Position numbers and translations under genes: made by a program
The notes under the pieces: generated by a model
Databases searched by the model: none
Told to the model about the DNA's origin: nothing
The model's input: the letters and a program-made list of their open reading frames with translations, nothing else
NCBI GenBank assembly: GCA_043228905.1
Contig: JBHGNT010000003.1
Coordinates: forward strand, 13,268,001 to 13,332,000
DNA from: Azolla caroliniana
Lineage: Eukaryota > Plantae > Polypodiophyta
DNA length: 64,000 nucleotides
Reading direction: 5' to 3'
Part shown: positions 51,734 through 61,000 of the stretch, in pieces
How the letters are laid out: every line of letters begins with the position of its first letter
Numbering within the stretch: the stretch's first letter is position 1

Positions 51734-53013
51734 ATGAGTGTTAAAGAAATAGATATCCCACATAGAAAGGTTATTTCACGCATATTTTCTAGGAAAAAAG
51801 CTTTAGTTACAAGAAAAACGCATGATAGAAAAAAGCTACACATGCACATTTAACATGCATGAACACTATAGTTGATAAAAACGCATGAGGTTAGAAAAAG
51901 CATTATCACTTTTAGAAAAAGCATGTTAGAGAAAGCATATAGTTTATAGATAGAGAAAGCATGGACTCAATAATTAAAGAAAGCATGGATTGTTAAGACT
52001 CTCTCATCATTATATAAGGATGGGGAGCACAATTTAATAGGAGTGTGAAAACTTTGGAAATTGGATATATTTCTAAGAACACCAATTAATAAATAATATT
52101 CGTGGGATTCACGAAATAAACTATACTCGTGGGATTCACGAAACAAACTATAGTCCTAGGATTCACGACGTATTTATATCTCTTTCTTATAATCTACTCA
52201 GAAGTACATTAGCCTCAAATTCTTCCTCCTCCTAGTCCAAAACCCCAGTGGTTCCCACCCGACTCACGCAATGATTTGGCGCCGAAAGGCACGACACAAG
52301 TGGTGAACCCGATGTGAAGACGGGTGGCAAGGAGATGGAGAATCAACAAGAGGCGATGAGTACGATGATGATGATGTTCGAGCGGATGCTACAAGAACAA
52401 CGAGCCATGTTGGAGATCATGGTGGCAGTAAAGCGGCTCCTACAACGAAACAGACAATTCAACGGTGTCGTGCCTTTCGGCTCCGGATCGTTGCGTGAGT
52501 CGGGTGGGAACCACCGGGGTTTTGGACTAGGAGAAAGAAAAATAGAAATAAGGCTAGTATAGAATAGGTATAAAGAGTTATAAGATAAGAATCTCGTGAA
52601 TCCCACGAGTTTAGTATATTTAGTCAATATTTAGGTAGTAAGAGAGAATTATTTTAGCAAATTCGTGAATCCCACGAATATTTTAGATTGATTGATCATT
52701 ATAGAAAAATAATCAACAAAAACTACAATGTGCTCCCCATCCTTATATAGTGATGGGAGAGACTAAGCATAGCTACATGCTTTTTTCTAATATGTTCATG
52801 CACACTAAATGTGCATGTGATGCTTTTCTAATCCTTGCTTTTATTTGCTAAATATAGTGCTCATGCACGCTAGATGTGAATGAGTCACTTTTTAGTTGCT
52901 TGCGTTTTTCTATAAAATATTCACGCACTCTAAAAATGCATGATTTACCTTTTAATAAAGGTAGGCGCAAATAAAGCACTTATAGTTATTAAATCTATTT
53001 GTAGATCACTAAA

Positions 53014-53085
53014 GATAAGGTAGCATAATGGTAAAGTTGAGGTTTGGCTACGTGGAGGTACAAGGTTCAAATCTTGCCCTATGCA
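53014..53085 (+). promoter_or_regulatory. tRNA-like Pol III A-box/B-box module in L 3' LTR
   Basis: A box TAGCATAATGG (53021), B box GGTTCAAATCT (53064), tRNA-like spacing. Confidence 0.62.
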
Positions 53086-53175
53086 CGTGATAAATATCTT
53101 GATATTCTTATTTTATTTATTGGTGATAAATATCTTGATATTCTTATTTTATTTATTTATATGTAATTAAATCGG

Positions 53176-55263
53176 TTATATTATTTTTACTTTTTCACGT
53201 AGTGTACGAAATACACTACGACACTCGCCCCCTCCGAACCCGCACATCCTCCGGTATTTGCCGAAGTTGCCGATGCTCGTTGTCTCCCCTTCATCCTCCG
53301 TTTGTCCCGCTATGTCAACTTTGTCTCTCCATTTTGAGTAGACCCATTCTTTCCACCCGAACCATTGTCGCCATCCGATCCACCATATTCTTTGTTCATT
53401 CGTGGTAGTGTCTTTTACTGGGCTCTTTCTTGTCTTCATCAACCTTGACTTTTTTCCGGATCGCTCTCGTCCGATCAACTTTCGGTTTGATCGGCTTCCG
53501 ATCGGATTCGTATTCGGCCGAATCGGAATCGGTTGTTTGGTTTCGATTGAGTCGGTCTCCTTCCGACCCGGTTTCGATCTATCGGTTTCGGTTTCGGTTG
53601 GCTTTCTTTTCCTCGTTTTCACCAGCCTCGACTGGTCCAACCTCCGATTGAGTCGAATTAGCTTCTTTCCGGATCGGTCTCGTCCGATCGGCTTTCTTTT
53701 CCTTGTTTTCACCAGCCTCGACCGGTCCAACCTCCGATTGAGTCGGATTAGCTTCTTTCCGGATCGGTCTCCTTCGATCGGCTTTCGGCTAGGTCGGCTT
53801 CCATCCATATTCGCGTTCGGCCAAGTCAGACTCGGTCGATCGGTTTTGACCGAGTCGACCCCTTTTCGGGTCGGCTTTCTTTCGGGTCGTCTTTCGGCCG
53901 AATCCTCATTCGCCCGGTTCGGCTTTCGTTTGTATCGTCTTTCGGCCGAATTCTCTTCCTTTCGGTTCGGCTTTCTTTCGGATCGGAATCCCGTCCGGAT
54001 CACCTTCCATCCTAATTGGCTTCCGACTTTACCTTTCTTGCCGCCACCTCCCGTCTCTCCGGTCTCACGTTGCTTCTCAGACACAACCGCCGAAGTCTCT
54101 AGAATTAGTGGGTAGGAATCCTCGGTATTATCATCCTCCATTGTTTCACCCATAGCCATATTCTCGGCTATCTCTCCGTCGTATGCATCGACTTCGACCT
54201 TTGTTTTCTCTCCGCCACCTTCCGTCTCTTCGGTCTCACGTTGCCTTTCAAACGCAACCGCCGCAGTCTCTGGAATCAGTGGTGGGGAAGTCTCGATATG
54301 GCCATCCGTCGTTGATTCGTCCATAGCCACCTTCAATTCGATGTCATCTTTCGTGGTGACCTCCTCAATCAAGTCCTCCTTGCTCTCTTTCACTGCATCA
54401 ATTATGCAAACATCAATTATGCTTACCCCTTTTTCACCCGATGTTTCGGACACTTGTATTCCGAAATCTTCTTCTACACTTGGGTTATCGGCCTTATCCT
54501 TCGTCGTTGTTCTTTCGCAAGACAAGAGGGTAGCTTGTTTTACACCCTCTTTCGTCGCACCATCATGTTGTATTTCGGCCTTCATATCGGCTCCATCGTT
54601 TGTCTTCAATCGACCATCCTTCATCGGCCATGTCGTTGACAAGATTCTCATCTTCCTCTCATCATGTCTCCGGCATACCCTTTGGACTTCGGCCCAATCT
54701 TCAGTAAGACCATTCGTACCTTCATCGTCTTCGAGTTCAATCCCGATGTCCTTCCTTTCTTTCCGATCAATCGATCTTATGAACATTAGGACTTTATCCT
54801 CCCCCACCAATCGTTGTTCCCGCTCCGAGAGTTGAGCAAGATGATGCTCGAACTCTAGGAATGCTTGTGTTGCACTTTGGTGGGTCTTCTCCGATGCCAC
54901 CCATTCATCAAACTCTCGCCGATCTTGTCCCTTTGATCTCTTGTAATCATATGCCTCTCGTAAAGCTTCTTCGAATGATCCCCATGTCGAGTTTTGTTGC
55001 CGTATCTTGTGGATTCTCTCTTGTAGCTCATCCGTGGCCACCCGATTGAAGGATGTCACTTGCAATCCTTCCGGTATCCCACATCGTGTCATCTCCGCCT
55101 TGTAGTCACGTAGATAGCGTGACACATCGTTTCCGTTGAATTGTCCGTTTCGTTGTACGAGCCGTTGTACTACTGTCGTGATCTCCGACATCTCGCGTTG
55201 TTCTTGTAGCATTCTCTCGAACATCATCATCATCATGTTCATCGCCTCTTGTTGATTCTCCAT
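53176..55263 (-). CDS. Gag-like protein with acidic middle and Arg/Lys-rich repetitive C-terminus, 695 aa from first ATG
   Basis: Intact ORF filling the whole internal region and ending in the 3' LTR; N-terminus homologous to element G Gag; no protease, RT or integrase motifs. Confidence 0.85.
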   Translation of the reverse strand: MENQQEAMNMMMMMFERMLQEQREMSEITTVVQRLVQRNGQFNGNDVSRYLRDYKAEMTRCGIPEGLQVTSFNRVATDELQERIHKIRQQNSTWGSFEEALREAYDYKRSKGQDRREFDEWVASEKTHQSATQAFLEFEHHLAQLSEREQRLVGEDKVLMFIRSIDRKERKDIGIELEDDEGTNGLTEDWAEVQRVCRRHDERKMRILSTTWPMKDGRLKTNDGADMKAEIQHDGATKEGVKQATLLSCERTTTKDKADNPSVEEDFGIQVSETSGEKGVSIIDVCIIDAVKESKEDLIEEVTTKDDIELKVAMDESTTDGHIETSPPLIPETAAVAFERQRETEETEGGGEKTKVEVDAYDGEIAENMAMGETMEDDNTEDSYPLILETSAVVSEKQRETGETGGGGKKGKVGSQLGWKVIRTGFRSERKPNRKEENSAERRYKRKPNRANEDSAERRPERKPTRKGVDSVKTDRPSLTWPNANMDGSRPSRKPIEGDRSGKKLIRLNRRLDRSRLVKTRKRKPIGRDRSGKKLIRLNRRLDQSRLVKTRKRKPTETETDRSKPGRKETDSIETKQPIPIRPNTNPIGSRSNRKLIGRERSGKKSRLMKTRKSPVKDTTTNEQRIWWIGWRQWFGWKEWVYSKWRDKVDIAGQTEDEGETTSIGNFGKYRRMCGFGGGECRSVFRTLREKVKII

Positions 55264-55279
55264 CTCCTTGTCACCCGCC

Positions 55280-55297
55280 TTCACGTCGGGTTCACCA
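55280..55297 (-). promoter_or_regulatory. Primer-binding site complementary to tRNA-Trp 3' end
   Basis: Plus strand TTCACGTCGGGTTCACCA matches the plant tRNA-Trp 3' end as recalled; adjacent to the LTR. Confidence 0.8.
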
Positions 55298-55849
55298 ACT
55301 GTGTCGTGCCTTTCGGCTCCGGATCGTTGCGTGAGTCGGGTGGGAACCACCGGGGTTTTGGACTAGGAGAAAGAAAAATAGAAATAAGGCTAGTATAGAA
55401 TAGGTATAAAGAGTTATAAGATAAGAATCTCGTGAATCCCACGAGTTTAGTATATTTAGTCAATATTTAGGTAGTAAGAGAGAATTATTTTAGCAAATTC
55501 GTGAATCCCACGAATATTTTAGATTGATTGATCATTATAGAAAAATAATCAACAAAAACTACAATGTGCTCCCCATCCTTATATAGTGATGGGAGAGACT
55601 AAGCATAGCTACATGCTTTTTTCTAATATGTTCATGCACACTAAATGTGCATGTGATGCTTTTCTAATCCTTGCTTTTATTTGCTAAATATAGTGCTCAT
55701 GCACGCTAGATGTGAATGAGTCACTTTTTAGTTGCTTGCGTTTTTCTATAAAATATTCACGCACTCTAAAAATGCATGATTTACCTTTTAATAAAGGTAG
55801 GCGCAAATAAAGCACTTATAGTTATTAAATCTATTTGTAGATCACTAAA

Positions 55850-55921
55850 GATAAGGTAGCATAATGGTAAAGTTGAGGTTTGGCTACGTGGAGGTACAAG
55901 GTTCAAATCTTGCCCTATGCA
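55850..55921 (+). promoter_or_regulatory. tRNA-like Pol III A-box/B-box module in L 5' LTR
   Basis: Same as 53014-53085; A box at 55857, B box at 55900. Confidence 0.62.
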
Positions 55922-58026
55922 CGTGATAAATATCTTGATATTCTTATTTTATTTATTGGTGATAAATATCTTGATATTCTTATTTTATTTATTTATATGT
56001 AATTAAATCGGTTATATTATTTTTACTTTTTCACGTAGTGTACGAAATACACTACGACAACGGAAACGATGTGTCACGCTATCTATGTGACTACAAGGCG
56101 GAAATGATGCGATGTGCGATACTGGAAGGATTGCAAGTGATATCCTTCAGTTGGGTGGCCATGGATGAGCTACAAGAGAGAATCCATGAGATACGACAAC
56201 AAAACCCAACATTGGGGTCCTTTGAAGAAGCTTTATGAGAGGCATATGACTATAAGAGACCGAAGGGACGAGCTCGACGCGAGTTTGACCTGTGGGTGGC
56301 ATCGGCGAAGATCCACCAAAGCACGACACAAGCATTCCTAGAGTTCGAGTATCATTTTGCTCAACTCTCAGAGCAAGATCAAAGATTGGTATGGGAGGAT
56401 AAAGTCCTAATGTTCGTAAGATCAATTGATCAGAAAGAAAGGATGGACATCGGGATCGAACTCGAAGATGATGACGGTGCAAATGGTCTTACCGAGGATT
56501 GGGCTGAAGTCGAAAGAGTATGCCAAAGATATGGTAAGAGGAAGACGAGAATATTGTCGGCAACAACATGGCTTATAAGGGATGATCAATTAAGGATGAA
56601 TGATGTGGTTGATATGAAGGCCGAAGTACAATTCAACGATACCACAAGAGAGGGTGTGGAACAAGGCATCCTCTTGTTTTGCAAAAGAATGATGACCAAT
56701 GATAAGGACGATGACTTGAGAGTGGTGAATGCTACTTTAAGGGTGGAAGAAAGTTTCGGGATACAAGTGTCCAAAACATCGATTGAGAAAGGGGTAAGCA
56801 TAATCGATGCTTGCATGATCGAGGGAGATAAATAGTGTGAGGCAGTCATGATTGAGGAAGTAGCCACGAAAGATGACATCGAATCAGAGGTGGCTATGGA
56901 CGAGTCAATGGCGGATGACCGTATCGAGACTTTCCCACCACCAATTCCAGAGATTTTGGCGGTTGCGTTCGAAAGGCAATGTGAGACCGAAGAGACGGAA
57001 GGTGGCGGAGAGAAAACGAAGGTCGAAGCTGATGCATACGATGGAGAGATAGCCAAGAAGGTGGCAATGGGTGAAATGACAGAGGACGATAATACCGAGG
57101 ATTCTTGCCCACTAATTCTAGAGACTTCGGCGGTTGTGTTCGAGAACCAACGTAAGATCGGAGAGATGGGACATGGTGACAAGGAAGGCAAAGTCGGAAG
57201 CTGGTTCGGATGGAAGATGATCCGTATGAAATTCCGATCTAAACGAAAGCCGAACCAAGTGGGTGTGGATTTGGTCAAAATTCGATCGGTCGAGCCCGAC
57301 CTGGACGGAAATTGTTCCAACCGGAAGCCGATCGGACGAGACCGATACAGACAAAATTTAATCCGACTCAACCAAGGGTCAAACCGGTCAAGGTTAGTGA
57401 ACATAAGGAAAAGGAGGCCAACCCAAACCAAGACCAATCGGTCGAACCCGAACCGAAAGGGGCCGACTCAGTCAAAACTGATTAAACGAGTCTGATTCGG
57501 CCGAACGCGAATACGGATGGAAGCCGACCTAGCTGAAAACCAATCAGACGAGACCGATCCAGAAAGAAGATAATCTGACTCAACCGAAGGTCGAAGCAAT
57601 CGAGGCCGGTGAATACGAGGAAGCTGCCAACCAGGCACACTACCATAGACGACAAGGGCCAAGTGGATTTGAAGGATGTTACCGAGGATGAGATCTCAAA
57701 GAAGGAGGGCTTTAACATAAAGATTGTCAACTCTAATGCGAGATTGTACGGCGAAGGTGGATGAAGTGCGGAGTGTCTTGACCAAGGAGATAGTCGGAAC
57801 GAAGGTGGCACAAGCACGAGACATGAAGGGTTAAGCTCAAAAAGAGCACAAGGAGTCATGACAACCTGTCATGGCCATGCAAAGAATGAACGAAGAATAT
57901 GGTGGATCAGATAGCAACAATGGTTTAGGTGGAAAGACTGGATGTGCTCAAAATGGAGAGACAAAGTCGACATAGCGAGAGAAATAGAGAGTATTACAAA
58001 TGGAGAATAACGAGCTCCAACAATTT

Positions 58027-61000
58027 TGTTGAGAGACAAGCTCAACATTTGTGCGTAATACGATGCGTAACTAGTGCGTAGACTGGGTGCATAAAACTGG
58101 TACGCAGACCGGTGCGTAGAAAGGCTGTATCGGTGCGTAGACCGAAAGGCCGTTGGAAAGATATTCCTCGTAAGGAATAATTTTGGGAGTAAGTGTCGAG
58201 GCTCATTTATGAGCAGTCAAGTACTCTCAGTACTTGTGTCAGCCCACTATCAGGGCTTGTATAAAAGTGCTCACTGAGCACATCCTATGTACAGATTGAG
58301 TATTATTTTCGAATTTAAGTTCTTGTGTTACTCTCTCTCTGTGTCTCCCGTGCGTACTATGCAAACCTAAGCTTTCCATTAAACCTGCGTTTTCTATTGT
58401 TTGGTTTTCCTATATTGCTTCCGCACGCCATTCTTTTCATGGTATCAGAGCGCGAGGGTTGAGAACTTCTGTAGCTGACTTTGCTTGAAGGAAAAACCAA
58501 CAAAGAAGAACAAGAAAACTGATGGACAGAGGAATGGCTAGCTCGCTTCCAACGGAGAAGCTCGACAGAACCAACTACGCATCTTGGTCCTACAAGATGC
58601 ACCAGTACCTGCTCGGACATGGTTACTGGAGCTATGTCGATGGAGCAAATGACACAACACCTGATTCGACACACAAAGACTTCCCAGCGTGGGAACAATC
58701 GGCGAGCTGAGTGCTATACTGCTTCGCGTCTTGTGTGGGTGAACAGCTGCTAAGCTACGCTCGGGATGCAAAAATGCCGAAGGGTGCATGGGAAAATCTG
58801 AAGAAGATTTTCGCCGCAAGCACCACAGCCAGGAAGCTTAAGCTTCGACTGGAGTTGAACAACCTACGACAACGCGATTTGTCGGTGGTTGACTATACCT
58901 CGAGGATTAAGGACATATGCGACTCCTTAGCCTCCATCGATGTGAACATCGAGGAAAGCGAGATGATCCAGGTCTGTCTCGGGGGTTTGGCGTTGAAGTT
59001 CGGGGTGTTCCGAACTGCAATGTGTACGCAAGAGAATATGTCGTCCTTTTTCGACTTATAGTCGATGCTCCTGGTAGAGGAGAACCACGCGGGTGCGTCG
59101 ACGAGTACGCACACCAACAACAAGATGTTGTACATGGAGGGAGAAAGGCCCCGTGGTCGTGGCGGACGAGGCGAGTCGGTACGCAATGGAGGCGGCCGAC
59201 GGGATCAAGGAAGAAGGCACCGAAGTGATGCCGACAGCAATTCCGGACCCTCCGGAAACAGGGGGAGTCGAGGCGACGAGAACCAGAAAGGGAAATCCGC
59301 CACAGAATGCTGGTACTGTGGCAAGAAACGCCACAGGGAGAGCGAGTGCTGGAAGAAGCGCGCCGAGTCGGAGAGGTCTGATTCTGGACATACCGACAAA
59401 GGAAATCGGCAGCGATCGCACTATGTCGAAGGATCTGGAAAAGCCGGAAAAGGGTCAGTCTTCATGACGAGACACGAAGCAAACTCAATGAAGCAGTTCA
59501 CGCCGAAATCAGACGAGGTGTGGTATGTCGACTCCGGCGCGTCAAACCACATGACGTGCCACAAGGAGTGGTTCTCATACCTTGAGAAACCGACGCAACC
59601 AAGAGTAGTCGCAACTGGAGACGACACTCCGCATCCGATCGCGAATGTCGGTGAAGTTCCCTTGAGCCATGTCGGGCAGAAAGGGAAACTTATGAATGTG
59701 TTACACGTCCCGACCATCACGAAGAATCTGGTGTCGGTCGGGCAAATCGTCGACCAGGGATGCAGGTTCGGTTTACGCATCTTAGGTGCTTCATTGAGGA
59801 AGAGGGCCGTATTATTGCGCAAGGCCGCATAGATGGGAGGATGTTTATCCTCGACTCTACTAACGGTGGCACCGCAATGTTTGCGAAGGGACAAAAAGTC
59901 GAGTTGGACATCGACTTATGGCACAAACGGATAGGCCACGTCAATTACCAGCGGCGTCAAGACCTGCAATCGAAACAAGTGGTGTTTGGATTGCCCAAAT
60001 TTAGTGGCCGGAAGGCACAAATTTGTGAAGCCTGCCAGCTTGGGAAGCAACACCGACTTCCTTTCCCAAACGAGCGTAATCAGAGCCGGAACAAGCTAGA
60101 CTTGATACACTCTGATGTGTGGGGGCCAGCACAAAACATTAGTCTTGGCGGGAGCCGATATTTTGTCTCCTTCATCGATGACTACACGCGGCATACGTGG
60201 ATCTACCTCATTGAGAGGAAAAGCGAAGTCTTCGACTGTTTCCGAGACCTCAAAGGGTTCGTGGAAACGGAAACAGGAAGAAAGATCAAGTGCCTGCGGT
60301 CGGATGGCGGAAAAGAATACTTTTCCGGTCAATTCAACGGTTATCTACAACAGATGGGAATTCAGCGCGAATTCAGTTGTAGATACACGCCAGAGCAAAA
60401 CGGCGTGGCCGAGAGAAAAAATCGGTCAGTTGTGGAAGTTGCACGCGCAATGCTGGAGGAGAAGAGCTTGCCCAAGTTCTATTGGGCCGACGCGGTAAGA
60501 ACCGCGGTATACATCCAGAACCGGATTGGAGAAAAAGTGTCGGCGCACGAGCTATACTTTGGAACAAAGCCGAACTTGCGACACTTATGAGTTTTCGGTA
60601 GCATTGCGTATGTACATGTGCCGAAGGAGAAAAGGAGGAAGTTGAACGCAAAAGCCGAAAAGTGTATCTTGGTCGGCTATTCGGACGAGCAAAAGGGTTA
60701 TAAGTGCTATAACCCGCGCACCAAACAACCGCATGTGAGCCGCGACGTTGTGTTTGATGAGTCTGCATCCTGGTACTTGCCTCCGACTCCGGATCTCACC
60801 TCCAATCCGAATTCTGACGATGAGGACAACGAGGCTGAGGTGCCTCCGGCTGAGCCTGAAATCGGGACCCCCAAAGAGAGTCCGATTTCGTTTCGGTTAA
60901 GTGGACCGAATGGACGACTGAGTCGGTACGACCAGTCTGATGAAGAGCCGGCGAGTAGTGGAGACTCGGTCGTGCATTCCCCACGCAGGAAGCCGAGGAG

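Larger units (their letters stand above)
52466..56059 (-). mobile_element. Element L: young Gag-only (TR-GAG-like) LTR retroelement, 3594 bp
   Basis: 758-bp LTRs 52466-53223 and 55302-56059, no difference seen by eye; TSD ACGG; 18-nt Trp PBS 55280-55297; PPT at 53224-53235. Confidence 0.95.

Noticed and set aside
52098-52170. CRISPR-like spaced palindromic repeats
   Set aside because: Only 2-3 units with near-identical spacers inside an LTR; eukaryotic context; no cas genes
53014-53085. Functional tRNA gene
   Set aside because: A and B boxes are present but there is no convincing acceptor stem or anticodon arm; called a promoter-like module instead
53190-53223. CACTA transposon termini (CACTACG)
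   Set aside because: The motif is part of the LTR terminal hairpin; the elements have TG...CA ends, PBS, PPT and 4-bp TSDs
53402-54115. 237-aa antisense ORF in element L (also 56586-57437 in K)
   Set aside because: Shadow of the repetitive sense ORF; non-ATG start and no independent motif
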